In this document: piece after piece, positions 18,637 to 28,624 of the stretch
Layout: every line of letters starts with the position of its first letter
Numbering within the stretch: position 1 is the stretch's first letter
Source: Candidatus Aenigmatarchaeota archaeon
GTDB lineage: Archaea > Aenigmatarchaeota > Aenigmatarchaeia > Aenigmatarchaeales > Aenigmatarchaeaceae
Length of the DNA: 64,000 nt
Direction: 5' to 3'
Assembly: GCA_016933455.1 (NCBI GenBank)
Contig: JAFGAZ010000020.1
Coordinates: 119-64,118 of the forward strand
Translations under genes and position numbers: made by a program
The notes under the pieces: model-generated
The model's input: the letters and a program-made list of their open reading frames with translations, nothing else
The model's database searches: none
Told to the model about the DNA's origin: nothing

Positions 18637-19257
18637 TTAAGCCTGCTTTTCAAGCAGAAGCATATAGTTGTAGCAGATGGGCCTGAATAGCTCTCCTAGA
18701 GCCCTTGACAGGGGGAATAGGAACCTTAGGCTTGAGGGTATCCAGAAAAAGTGCCTCGCTTCCTTTAGTTTGAAGCCGTTCTTCTTGAAAATGTTGATTA
18801 ATTCCTTTTCCTCTATGAAATAGTCCTTTGAGTCGTGGACATCGTCGCTCCATCCAAGCCTTTTTGCAAAGTTTATGAGCCTGGGGTTGGGAGTTGATAT
18901 CACAACTCTTCCCCCAGTCCTTAGCACTCTGGTTATTTCCTTTACAGGGCTCTTTTTTCCAGGCACATGCTCTATCACCTCAAGGCAGCAAACCCCTTCA
19001 AATGTGTTGTTCTTGAATGGTATCTTGGATATGCTTCCTAGTTTTACTATGCCCTTTTTCTTGGACATCTTTATCGCTTCCTTGTCCATGTCTATGCCGT
19101 ACCAGTTCTTGTTTTTCAGGTTAAAGCCCGCCCCGCAGCCAATGTCTAGGACCTTTCCCCTGAGGTTCTTGGCAGCGTACTTGTATCGATACAGATGCAA
19201 GAAAGCCTCGTATGCTTTTCTTTTTTTCAATTCGTTTAGCGTGAACCAGCATTTCAT
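18637..19257 (-). CDS. class I SAM-dependent methyltransferase
   Basis: 206 aa with motif I VLDIGCGAGFN and the downstream block CLEVIEHV. Confidence 0.75.
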   Translation of the reverse strand: MKCWFTLNELKKRKAYEAFLHLYRYKYAAKNLRGKVLDIGCGAGFNLKNKNWYGIDMDKEAIKMSKKKGIVKLGSISKIPFKNNTFEGVCCLEVIEHVPGKKSPVKEITRVLRTGGRVVISTPNPRLINFAKRLGWSDDVHDSKDYFIEEKELINIFKKNGFKLKEARHFFWIPSSLRFLFPLSRALGELFRPICYNYMLLLEKQA

Positions 19258-19261
19258 AGAA

Positions 19262-19957
19262 TCACTTTTTCCTAGTAGGATAGTAGAGCACTGCCCCTAT
19301 TAAAGTTCCGAGCAGAAAGCCTATTTTAGAAACTATAAGACCCAGTTCCCTTTTCAAAAGGCTGAAGGCGTTCTTCTTGCCGCTGCCTTTGAAATTGGAC
19401 TTGAAGCCTGCCTGGCCGTACTTCATCTGTATCTTGACAAGCAGTATGCCGTAAAGGAAATTGTTTCTAATCATCTTGGAAACTGAATTGCTTCTTTCGT
19501 GCAGAACGGGGGCTATCGGAAGTTCGACTCCTTTGTAGCCCCTTTTCCTAAGCCTTGCGTAAAGCTCGGTGTCCTCTGCTATGGGGAAGGACTCGTCAAG
19601 CTTGTTTTCTTTCATCACATTCGCATAGGCGGCAAAGTTGGACCAGTCCCATGTGGAGGGCGTCACCTCGATTCCCCTTACAAGCGTTCTTTTCTTTTTG
19701 TCATTTCTGTTTTCTTTCTTGACAGCATTGACCATCTCTTCAAGCCACGTGTTTGTCATTGGCATTGCGTCTGTTTCTGTTATGACAATTATTTCTCCTT
19801 TGGCTTTTGATATGGCATCGTTCATTGCCTGGGGTATTCCCTTTTTGGTAGAATATACTAGCTCGAAATCTTTGAATGTCTGTTTCTTGAGAGCTTCTTT
19901 TAGCTTTCTCAAGTCTCTTTCGTTTCTCGCTATGGTTACTACTGAAACTTGAGGCAT
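19262..19957 (-). CDS. GT2-like glycosyltransferase (short form, C-terminal TM)
   Basis: 231 aa. The N-terminus VSVVTIARNERDLRKLKEALKKQTF and the block IIVITETDAMP fit GT2. There is a hydrophobic C-terminus. The stop abuts the next gene with a 0-nt gap. Confidence 0.6.
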   Translation of the reverse strand: MPQVSVVTIARNERDLRKLKEALKKQTFKDFELVYSTKKGIPQAMNDAISKAKGEIIVITETDAMPMTNTWLEEMVNAVKKENRNDKKKRTLVRGIEVTPSTWDWSNFAAYANVMKENKLDESFPIAEDTELYARLRKRGYKGVELPIAPVLHERSNSVSKMIRNNFLYGILLVKIQMKYGQAGFKSNFKGSGKKNAFSLLKRELGLIVSKIGFLLGTLIGAVLYYPTRKK

Positions 19958-21376
19958 CTAATTACCCTTCGGTTTTATCACAGAATTCAAAAGCACTTTT
20001 GCCGCTCCCTTAAGTCCCTTGTATTTGTATAGGTTGTAAAAATGGAAAACTATGATGTCGGGTCTTTTCGTGACCATCTTCCTGTACCAGAGCTTGTTTG
20101 CCAAGTTGAGGTTTTCCTTTATCTGGTCGTGCGTGTATCCAGGAAGGTCGACAACGCATTCGGTGTTTGCAATAAAGTTCTTCCAGTCGGTTTCAACAAA
20201 CAAATCGTTGTCCTTGCACCACTTGTTGAGCCTTGTCCCTGGAAACGGCATGCAGACTGAGAACTGCAAAGTGTCAGACGGCAGGTTTATTGCAAACTCT
20301 ATTGTTTCCCTGTCGCTTTCCTTGGTAGAACCCTTCATGCCCAACACCCAGCAAAGGTGCGTTCTAAGTCCGAGCTTGTTGCACGATTCAACGAATTCTT
20401 TTATGTCTTTTCTTGTTATGGGCTTGCCTTCCAGCTGCTTGAGAACTTTGTCATCAGCGGACTCTGCCCCTATTGTTATCCCTGTGCAACCCGCATCTCT
20501 CATAATTTTTAATGTATTGTAACTGATCTTGGCATCTGCCATGCAGTTCCATTTAACTTTCGATTTTCTTCGTATCAGTTCCTTGCAAATTTTCTTGACA
20601 TGTGACTCGTTAATGCTAAAGTTGTCATCATCAAAGTAAAGCTCGTCTGGTTTGTATTTGTTCCAAAGATATTCCATTTCGTTTACAATATCGTTAACAT
20701 CTTTTCTCATCCTATAACTTTTTTGCCTATAGTAAGTTTCAACAGTGCAAAAATTGCATCCCCATGGACATCCTCTGGAAGTAATCATGACTACATTGAA
20801 ACCGTGAAGCTTTGGATCGTTGTACTTGTCCATTGGAAGCTCGTCTCTTTCTGGCCAAGGAAGCTCGTCCAAATCTTGTATCAATGGTCTTGGTCTGAAT
20901 TTTTGTCCTTTTGCAGCAACGCCTGCAGGAAAACTTTTTTCTTCCTTGTTTAGCCATCTAACAAGACCAAGAATGCTGTATTCACACTCACCCACTATTG
21001 CAAAATCGTATCCTGCATTGACACATTCATTATACGCCGGGGTTGCATGATAACCTGAAGCTGCGAATTTTATTTTAGAATTAAACTTCTTAATCATCTT
21101 CATTGTTTTAAGATCATGTTCGAAAGAAGATGCAGTGGTTTCCCATACTATTAAATCGGGCTTTATTTCTCTGACTTTTTTTAGAAATTCTTTTCTTGTC
21201 ATCTCCGATGCAGTGGCATCTACTATATGAGCATCATAACCATGCTTCTTTAGAACTGAAGTTGCATAAGCAAGCCTTACAGGATAAGGAAAATAGTTGG
21301 CAGCACCCTTTGGTAGCTTTATGTCCCATCTACATCTGAGCCAAAGACCTGGTGGGTTTGCAAGTAAGATTTTCAT
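19958..21376 (-). CDS. B12-binding-domain radical SAM protein, paralogue 2
   Basis: 472 aa. MKILLANPPGLW...YDAHIVDA is followed by ITSRGCPWGCNFC (CxxxCxxC). Confidence 0.8.
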   Translation of the reverse strand: MKILLANPPGLWLRCRWDIKLPKGAANYFPYPVRLAYATSVLKKHGYDAHIVDATASEMTRKEFLKKVREIKPDLIVWETTASSFEHDLKTMKMIKKFNSKIKFAASGYHATPAYNECVNAGYDFAIVGECEYSILGLVRWLNKEEKSFPAGVAAKGQKFRPRPLIQDLDELPWPERDELPMDKYNDPKLHGFNVVMITSRGCPWGCNFCTVETYYRQKSYRMRKDVNDIVNEMEYLWNKYKPDELYFDDDNFSINESHVKKICKELIRRKSKVKWNCMADAKISYNTLKIMRDAGCTGITIGAESADDKVLKQLEGKPITRKDIKEFVESCNKLGLRTHLCWVLGMKGSTKESDRETIEFAINLPSDTLQFSVCMPFPGTRLNKWCKDNDLFVETDWKNFIANTECVVDLPGYTHDQIKENLNLANKLWYRKMVTKRPDIIVFHFYNLYKYKGLKGAAKVLLNSVIKPKGN

Positions 21377-21380
21377 ATTA

Positions 21381-22148
21381 TCACTTTTGTTTTGTTCCTA
21401 TAAAATGCATGAACATTAGGTTGTATACAGGCCATATTATTTCAGGATATTTGTTTCTTTCAAAAACCTCTCTTTTCATATGATCTATATCTTTGAGTTC
21501 AACTCCGTACTTTTTGAAAGCGTTTTTTATCTCAAATGAAAAGGAAAACATGTAGTGGTCTAATGAAGGAAGTTTTAGTATATTCTTTTGTATCCATACT
21601 CTCAATTTTTTGGGCAAAAGAATTGTGAACGGCATGTTGTCATGTGGACTTTTTAGAATATATTGGGGGAACCATCTTCTTTCCTCTCCAACAAATATCT
21701 TTGCTCCAGGTTTCATAACTCTACATATTTCACTAACGAAATATCTCCATTTTGGAGCATGATGCAATGTATCTGTACAGATTATAAAATCAAAATACTC
21801 GTCAGGATAAGGTATTTTATAACCACCACCTTTCCATTTGCTTATTTTCTTATATTTTAATTTCAGTTCTTTGAATCTTGCCTTTGATATTTCCAAGAAA
21901 TAGTCTTCTACATCAAGACCATAACAAAAAGCCCCTTTTTCGGCAAACGAACATAATATTCCACCAGAACCCACAGCAACGTCCAATACTTTCTTACCTT
22001 TAACATTTGATTTTGTGTGTTTTAGAAACATTCTTCCGGCATCAAGCCTACTTATAGCATAAGACGTGTCGACATCCTTATGAGTCATAGGATGTTTCTT
22101 GTCCTTTTCCCACAAATCCATCTTTTTTTCCCATTTCATTTTTATCAC
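21381..22148 (-). CDS. class I SAM-dependent methyltransferase
   Basis: 255 aa with motif I VLDVAVGSGGILC and the block ICTDTLHH. Confidence 0.7.
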   Translation of the reverse strand: MIKMKWEKKMDLWEKDKKHPMTHKDVDTSYAISRLDAGRMFLKHTKSNVKGKKVLDVAVGSGGILCSFAEKGAFCYGLDVEDYFLEISKARFKELKLKYKKISKWKGGGYKIPYPDEYFDFIICTDTLHHAPKWRYFVSEICRVMKPGAKIFVGEERRWFPQYILKSPHDNMPFTILLPKKLRVWIQKNILKLPSLDHYMFSFSFEIKNAFKKYGVELKDIDHMKREVFERNKYPEIIWPVYNLMFMHFIGTKQK

Positions 22149-22151
22149 ACA

Positions 22152-23531
22152 TTATTTTGTAAAGGGTCTTATCATCATCTTAAATTGTGTTTTACTATCA
22201 TTTGATGTCAATAGTGAAAGATATTTGGGTATGTTTTTTATCATATTCCATTTCCATGTTTTTAATATTTTTCTTTTGTAATGTTTTAAATCTTCTTTTG
22301 TTAGGTTTTCGAGTTTTATGGGATAGTCATTTTTACAATAATCATAATCATCTATTTTTCTTATGTTTGATATTCCATCCTTTTGACATATTTCAAATAA
22401 TCTAGAGCCTATCATGGGAGTTGTTATACTAACTTGTATTGAATCTGGATGTATTTGACTGATAAGGTTTATTGTATCGTCCAAATCTTCTTTAGTTTCG
22501 GTTGGGGATCCTATCATTATGAAGGCGTTGGCTATCATGCGGTATTTATGGCACAAATAAAACGCTTTCCTGATCTGGTCCACTGTAATTCCCTTTTTCA
22601 TTACATCATTTAGTATACGTTGGCTGCCACTTTCTACACCAAAGTTTATTGAGATACAACCAGATTTCTTCAACACCTTAATAGTTTCAGAATCGATCAT
22701 GTCGACTCTTGTGCTTATGGACCACTCGATATCAAGTCTTTTCACGTGCTTACAAAAATGCTTTAGCCATTTCTTGTCGTAAGTAAACGTATCGTCCACA
22801 AAATAAAATCTGTATTTTTTGTTTCCAAGTTCGGCGTGTTTTGAAATTAACCATTTCATTTCTTTTATTACATTTTCCGGGCTCCTTCTTCGTATGGTAT
22901 TTCCAAAAACTTTCCTTTGTGTAGGCTGACAATAAACACAATTAAACGGGCATCCTCTAGCAGTAATCATGGTCATTTCTAAAGAAGATTTCAAATATTT
23001 CTCTATATCAACAAATGCTCTGTCTGGAAATGGAAGGGAGTCTAAATTTTCAATGCGTTCAGACGGTTTGTTCTTTATGATTTTGCCAGATTGTTTGAAT
23101 ACGATCCCCTTTATGTTTTTAAGAGACTTGTTTTTTTCAATCGTATTAACAATTTCTAGGAAGGTTCTTTCACCTTCACCCAAAACAACAATATCGACAT
23201 CTTTGTTCCTAATTACTTTATCAGTATCAACACATGCATGCACACCACCTACTATTATTTTGCTTTTTGGGGAAAGTTTTTTAGCTATTTTAATTGACCT
23301 AAACCCAGAAGACGCAATTGGAGTGAATATAGAAAATCCTATTATATCAGGTTTTGTTTCCTTTATCTTTCTTTCATATTTCTTCCAATTACTAAAAGTC
23401 ATATCGAAAACTTCACAGTCGATATCATTTTCCTTTAGATATGAAGCAATATACAGTATTCCTAAAGGATAGTCTTTACCTCCTGCTTCTATATCTTCAG
23501 GTTCTCTAGGAAAAACCAGCAAAACTTTCAT
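22152..23531 (-). CDS. B12-binding-domain radical SAM protein, paralogue 3
   Basis: The track ORF extends to 23672, which would overlap the upstream gene. I prefer the start MKVLLVFPREPED at 23531, 4 nt after the upstream stop. The cluster motif is ITARGCPFNCVYC. Confidence 0.8.
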   Translation of the reverse strand: MKVLLVFPREPEDIEAGGKDYPLGILYIASYLKENDIDCEVFDMTFSNWKKYERKIKETKPDIIGFSIFTPIASSGFRSIKIAKKLSPKSKIIVGGVHACVDTDKVIRNKDVDIVVLGEGERTFLEIVNTIEKNKSLKNIKGIVFKQSGKIIKNKPSERIENLDSLPFPDRAFVDIEKYLKSSLEMTMITARGCPFNCVYCQPTQRKVFGNTIRRRSPENVIKEMKWLISKHAELGNKKYRFYFVDDTFTYDKKWLKHFCKHVKRLDIEWSISTRVDMIDSETIKVLKKSGCISINFGVESGSQRILNDVMKKGITVDQIRKAFYLCHKYRMIANAFIMIGSPTETKEDLDDTINLISQIHPDSIQVSITTPMIGSRLFEICQKDGISNIRKIDDYDYCKNDYPIKLENLTKEDLKHYKRKILKTWKWNMIKNIPKYLSLLTSNDSKTQFKMMIRPFTK

Positions 23532-23535
23532 AATA

Positions 23536-24567
23536 TCACAAACAAGAACATTTCTGACATTGTTTGGGTTGATTTTTGCTTCTTGCAGCTTTCCTAAATG
23601 CCATTGCCTTTTTATTATTCCATATATCTTTGAAGGACTCTTCAAAGATATTGCCGTAGAAAAAATGAACATGTGTCAGTGTTGTGCAGCAGGGCGTTAT
23701 CATTCCGTTCCATCTTATATATGCCTGATTCCAAGGTGCCACACATTTGGTTCTTACAAGAGAATAGTCTGATGTATTGTAAAACTTGACAGAAACTCCC
23801 AGTTCCTTACCGACCTTGTTTGCTTCTTTAATATATTTTTCAAAAAAGCTTCTGTTAGATCTCATCGCATGTTCTTCTGTTGACCATCCTGTATCAAACT
23901 TTATTTCTATGTCTTGAAATCTAAACTCTTTGACTCCTAGTTTGCTTGCAAGTCGAACCATATCAGGCAGGTCCTTTGCATTCTCCTTTAACAAAACAGA
24001 TTGTAGTATGACTTCCATTTTAGATTTTCTTTTCTTTATTTCATTTGTAAGATTTTTTATATTGGAACACACTTTATCAAAGTTAGCACCAACACGTATT
24101 GTTTCATACATTTCCTTGGAAGAGCTATCCATCGAAATGAACATTCTGTTGAGATTGTTTTTAATCAGGGATTTTATCTTATCATCAGTAAGCAATGTGG
24201 CATTTGTAGTGACAAACTTCCATACCTTTCTATCTTCCAAATATTCTATCATATCCGTAAATTTTGGATGAAGAAGAGGTTCACCTATTCCCATAAAGCC
24301 ATGAAAGTGCCAATATGGAAACTGTTTCTGCATAACTTCCTTCCATTTTTCAAAATCAACACTTCCCTGTTTTTTATAATCTATAGCAGCCCTTGGACAC
24401 ATTTTACATTTTAGGTTACAATCTCCTGTAGGCTCGGACATTATGGTTACCGGCTTTGAGATACATTTTATGGGTTTTGTTCTACATTCTAAATAATTCA
24501 TAGAAAGATTAAAAAGTCCGGACAAACCGGCTTTCCTTAAATTTACTTTTGTTATGTATTCTAACAT
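23536..24567 (-). CDS. radical SAM protein with a C-terminal SPASM/twitch-type Cys-rich domain
   Basis: 343 aa. The cluster motif is EPTGDCNLKCKMC. The C-terminal auxiliary-cluster cysteines are CVAPWNQAYIRWNGMITPCC ... QCQKCSC. Confidence 0.75.
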   Translation of the reverse strand: MLEYITKVNLRKAGLSGLFNLSMNYLECRTKPIKCISKPVTIMSEPTGDCNLKCKMCPRAAIDYKKQGSVDFEKWKEVMQKQFPYWHFHGFMGIGEPLLHPKFTDMIEYLEDRKVWKFVTTNATLLTDDKIKSLIKNNLNRMFISMDSSSKEMYETIRVGANFDKVCSNIKNLTNEIKKRKSKMEVILQSVLLKENAKDLPDMVRLASKLGVKEFRFQDIEIKFDTGWSTEEHAMRSNRSFFEKYIKEANKVGKELGVSVKFYNTSDYSLVRTKCVAPWNQAYIRWNGMITPCCTTLTHVHFFYGNIFEESFKDIWNNKKAMAFRKAARSKNQPKQCQKCSCL

Positions 24568-24578
24568 TTTTTCTCAGC

Positions 24579-26084
24579 TTATATTAACTCAAAAATTATG
24601 CTTTCAGTATTCTGATACGTAGCATTGAAATGATCCGGATCGTTCATTACAACATCAAGGAAGTTCGTAGTAAATATTCCCAAAAGGTTGCTTTCTGGCA
24701 CAACGAAATTATTTCCTAAAACACTGCTCCACACAAGTATGTATGAAACGTTATAGTCTTTCAGTGTGTCGTATATGTAAGTGGAATCGCTTGTTGACAT
24801 TATCTCAGGCAACTCGTCTATGACCCATATAGCGTCCCTTTGAGCGAAGTATTTTACGCTACCTGCATATGTTGTAAGTACGAATTCGTCTTCTTGTGTA
24901 TTTTTTCCAAGCCATGTCAAAGCATTGACATAGTTGTCAGAATATCTTTGTGAAGATGAAGTGCTCATTGCTACAATAGAGCTAAAGTAAATCGATACTA
25001 TAACAAAACTTAACAACAAAACCGTGAATATTTTTTTGTAATCTTTGAGTCTGTATATGAAAAACCCACCTATTAGAGCCATTTGAGGAAATATTATGAA
25101 TATGTTTCTTGGTTCGGATATACCGAGTTGAAGGAAGTAGTATATGTTGTATAGTAACAAGAAAATTGCGGCCAAAAGCATGAAAAAAGCAACATCTTTG
25201 TTGACTTTATTTTTGCCCGCTTCCATGAAGAATAAGACAACGCTAAATATCATGGATATCATCATCAAATAACTTGTATTCGATATGTAGCTATCCAAAG
25301 TGAACATATGATTTGAAAAGTCTTGTGCTGTTATTCCCGACCATCCACTAAAAGCATCCGTAGGAGCATCGAAAAACGAATTGAGGAAAAGTATGTGTGG
25401 ATAATCGTAAAGTATTATGTTTCTAAGCGGAAATGCCATAGATAGCATTGCGGCAATGACTAATGCTATGAACAAATTCCTAAGTATTTCCTTGTCTTTC
25501 TTGTGAAGGTAAACCAAAATTTCGAAAATAAAGAGACCGGCAATCAGGAAAAGGCCGCTCTGCTTGGCAATAAATGAAAGGAAAAGCACAACGCCTGTCA
25601 AGACAGCCCCCTTGCCAGAGTCCATGTTCAAAATAACATAAGTTGCCAGTGCGGAAAAGAACGCAACAGGAATTTCCAAATAAACAAGCATCATATAATG
25701 ACTAAAAAGTGTTGCAGAAAGCAGTATGAAAGCTGCCAATATTCCATAAAAAACATTTATTCTCTTGCCTATCAGATAAACGACAAGCATTGTCAAAATG
25801 CCAAATGATGCTATTATCATCTTGGCTAAAGCCAAAGAAGGACCAAATATCATGAAAGGCACTGACAAAATCAAAGGTATCAAAGGCTGCATTGTACCTG
25901 TTGCTCTATTACCACTATCATAGGCAGGATATTCTGATTGAGAAAATGTTATTCCTAAATCATAGAAAAATGCTTCGTCCTCACCAAGCATCTGAGTCTG
26001 GGAAGCCAAATAAACAAAAACTATTCCAAGAACCAGAAGCGAGACTAGAAACAACTTTTCCATCATTTTTTCATCAAGCTTCAT
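24579..26084 (-). CDS. GT-C fold membrane glycosyltransferase (GT39/ArnT/PMT-like)
   Basis: 501 aa with about 11 hydrophobic segments. An acidic first-loop motif (LGEDEAFFYD) resembles the DE loop of PMT/ArnT-type enzymes. The C-terminal domain is soluble. Confidence 0.6.
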   Translation of the reverse strand: MKLDEKMMEKLFLVSLLVLGIVFVYLASQTQMLGEDEAFFYDLGITFSQSEYPAYDSGNRATGTMQPLIPLILSVPFMIFGPSLALAKMIIASFGILTMLVVYLIGKRINVFYGILAAFILLSATLFSHYMMLVYLEIPVAFFSALATYVILNMDSGKGAVLTGVVLFLSFIAKQSGLFLIAGLFIFEILVYLHKKDKEILRNLFIALVIAAMLSMAFPLRNIILYDYPHILFLNSFFDAPTDAFSGWSGITAQDFSNHMFTLDSYISNTSYLMMISMIFSVVLFFMEAGKNKVNKDVAFFMLLAAIFLLLYNIYYFLQLGISEPRNIFIIFPQMALIGGFFIYRLKDYKKIFTVLLLSFVIVSIYFSSIVAMSTSSSQRYSDNYVNALTWLGKNTQEDEFVLTTYAGSVKYFAQRDAIWVIDELPEIMSTSDSTYIYDTLKDYNVSYILVWSSVLGNNFVVPESNLLGIFTTNFLDVVMNDPDHFNATYQNTESIIFELI

Positions 26085-26105
26085 TATTACACCTTCGATA
26101 TTAAA

Positions 26106-27074
26106 CTACTTAAATTTTACAAAAATACCGCGAAAGATGCCAAAGCACCAGGCAATGTTCCTGAAGGCAAATATCGCAAAGTACAATAGAAAATCGCTGC
26201 CTTTCCTGCTCAGCCTGTCGGCAAGGGCAAAGTACGTGAAAAGAAGAACGCCTAAAGGAAGCAAAGAGACGTATAGCAATTCGGGAAAAACAAAAGACAT
26301 TAGCAAAAACAACGCGAACGAATATATCAGCGTTATCTGGAAGGGTATGTAGAACTTTGTCAGATGGTCCCCGAACATCTTGTCCTTGTGCTTTTTGGCA
26401 AAAAACAGCATGAAGGCCGCCCTGGCATAGGCGTACTGCTGCTTAAAGTAGTTCTTCCATGTGGCCCGATGATAGTGGTAGACAATGGCGTCTTTCACAA
26501 AAACCATGCGCCCAAGCTTTGTGACCCTATAGCCCCAGTCGGTTTCCTGGGCAACTGCCAGATCCTCGTCAAACAGGACCTTTTTGGCAATCCTTGTCCT
26601 GACGCAAAGGGATATGGTGGGCAGGCGATCGACATATCTTGGCATCCTAGAAAAACGGTACTCTAGCTCCCTTCCGATTAGCTTCTGGAGAGTATTAACG
26701 CCTTTGGGGGTTTTGACCATTCCACCTGAAGCAACAACAGCCTCGCTGTCTATTGCCGAAATTAGCTTCTTTAGCCAGTCCTTTTGCACAACGCAGTCGG
26801 CGTCTGTAAAGGCGATGTACTCACTTTTGCACCTTCTTATCATGTGGTTATGGCCTGCGGCGATGTTGCCCTTGACCCTTTCAAGCCTTATCTTTTTGCC
26901 GTATTTCTTGAGAATTTCAAATGTCCCGTCGTCAGAATAAGCATCGGTCACATAGATTTTCTTGTTTTTGTAGTCCAGTTTCAGCAAGGAGTCTATGCAC
27001 TTTTTGATGGTGTTGCTAGAATTCCTAACAGTCACAAGCACTGTAACAGAAGGCTGCTTTGAAGACATCGTCAT
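26106..27074 (-). CDS. GT2 glycosyltransferase with C-terminal TM segments
   Basis: 322 aa with PSVTVLVTVRNSSNTIKKCIDSLL and IAFTDADCV. It is the first gene of the nine-gene minus-strand operon. Confidence 0.75.
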   Translation of the reverse strand: MTMSSKQPSVTVLVTVRNSSNTIKKCIDSLLKLDYKNKKIYVTDAYSDDGTFEILKKYGKKIRLERVKGNIAAGHNHMIRRCKSEYIAFTDADCVVQKDWLKKLISAIDSEAVVASGGMVKTPKGVNTLQKLIGRELEYRFSRMPRYVDRLPTISLCVRTRIAKKVLFDEDLAVAQETDWGYRVTKLGRMVFVKDAIVYHYHRATWKNYFKQQYAYARAAFMLFFAKKHKDKMFGDHLTKFYIPFQITLIYSFALFLLMSFVFPELLYVSLLPLGVLLFTYFALADRLSRKGSDFLLYFAIFAFRNIAWCFGIFRGIFVKFK

Positions 27075-27193
27075 CCTTTATTAAACGTTAATTTTTGAAT
27101 ATAATACTATTGTTTTGGCGTTTTAATAAGTAAAATCAAAAAAAGTCAATATTATTAAAATCCAAGGCATAAACAAATATACGAGATGATAAG

Positions 27194-28624
27194 ATGAAAG
27201 CAGTGTTTTTGAATCCTCCTTTTAAGAAATTCTACAACAGGGTTGTGAGGTGGCAGGCGGTCACCAACCAGGGAGCTTTGCACCCGCCCATTTGGCTATT
27301 GTACCAGGCTACCATGACAAAGCAGTCCGGGCACAAGGTCGATTTCATAGACGCCATTGCGGAGAATCTGGACTACCAGAAGACAATAGACAGGATAGGC
27401 GATGCTGACGTTGTGGTCATGGAAACAGCTGCATCATCTTTCAACAACGATGTCAGGTTTGCCAAAATGATAAAGGAGCAAAGGCCTGACATAAAGATAG
27501 CCATGTCAGGGCCGCAGGTAACGGCAATGCCCAAGTTCTCGATGAAAGAGCCAATAGACGCTGTGATATTCGGTGAGGCAGACCTTACAACAAAGGAATA
27601 TGTTGACAGCCTAAACCAGGCAAACAAGTCAGACATACTAGGACTTGTTTGGAGAAACGGCAATGAAATAGTCCAAAACAAGCCAAGGCCCCTAATAGAG
27701 GACCTAGACAGCATACCTGTGCCGGACAGGAGCTTATTGCCGATGGACAAGTACAGCGACTCCATGTTCCCGTCGCCTTTCTCTTTTTACTATACCATGA
27801 GGGGCTGCGCCTACAAGTGCATCTACTGCCTTTGGACTCACACGATATACAGGCAAAGGCTAAGGTTTAGGAGCCCGAGGCTGGCAGCAGAGGAAGTGCT
27901 AAACGATATCAAGAAACTAAAGTTGAAATGCTTCTACATCAACGACGAGTGCTTTACTGTGAACAAAAAGCATCTTATGGAATTCTGCAGGGAATTGGGC
28001 GACCCGGGCATAAGATGGGGCTGCTACTTTAGGTCGGACAACATAGACGAGGAGATGTGCAAAAGGCTAAAGGACAGCGGCTGTGAGATAATAAGAACTT
28101 CACCTGAAGTTGGGACAAACGAGGGTTTGAAAGTGATAAACAAGGGCGGAACCGCGTCAATGGAAAATGACATAAAGGCTTTCAAGCTGGCAAAGAAATA
28201 CGGGTTTGAAATTTACGCATCGTTTGTCTTGGGACATCCGGGAGAAACAAAGGAGACTATAAAGAAAACAGTCGAACACGCAATAGAGCTTGAGCCGGAC
28301 ACGGCGCAGTTCGCAATACTTCAGCCTCTTCCAGGAACGCCTTTCTACAACTACCTAAAGGAGAAGGGATATCTTCTCACTGAGAACTTTGACGACTATC
28401 TTAACGAGGCGGGCTCGACAAAGGCGGTTTTCGAGTACCCGTGGCTTTCACATGAGGACCTTGTTAACGGCTGGCACTATTGCTGGAGAAAATTTTATAT
28501 GAGACCCAAATTCATATTAAGAACAGGGCTTAGGCTTCTAAAGCATCCCAAGTTCATAGTGCCTACGATAAGCGCATACATGAACATGAGAAAGTCAAGC
28601 CTGAGCAAGAAGGTCGAATGGTAA
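27194..28624 (+). CDS. B12-binding-domain radical SAM protein, paralogue 4
   Basis: 476 aa. MKAVFLNPPFKK...HKVDFIDA is followed by TMRGCAYKCIYC. Confidence 0.8.
   Translation: MKAVFLNPPFKKFYNRVVRWQAVTNQGALHPPIWLLYQATMTKQSGHKVDFIDAIAENLDYQKTIDRIGDADVVVMETAASSFNNDVRFAKMIKEQRPDIKIAMSGPQVTAMPKFSMKEPIDAVIFGEADLTTKEYVDSLNQANKSDILGLVWRNGNEIVQNKPRPLIEDLDSIPVPDRSLLPMDKYSDSMFPSPFSFYYTMRGCAYKCIYCLWTHTIYRQRLRFRSPRLAAEEVLNDIKKLKLKCFYINDECFTVNKKHLMEFCRELGDPGIRWGCYFRSDNIDEEMCKRLKDSGCEIIRTSPEVGTNEGLKVINKGGTASMENDIKAFKLAKKYGFEIYASFVLGHPGETKETIKKTVEHAIELEPDTAQFAILQPLPGTPFYNYLKEKGYLLTENFDDYLNEAGSTKAVFEYPWLSHEDLVNGWHYCWRKFYMRPKFILRTGLRLLKHPKFIVPTISAYMNMRKSSLSKKVEW

Noticed and set aside
23536-24567. SPASM radical SAM enzyme as a RiPP maturase with a nearby precursor peptide
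   Set aside because: The flanking gaps are only 4 and 11 nt, and I could find no small Cys- or Gly-rich precursor ORF in the operon. The glycosyltransferase context favours a sugar or lipid substrate.
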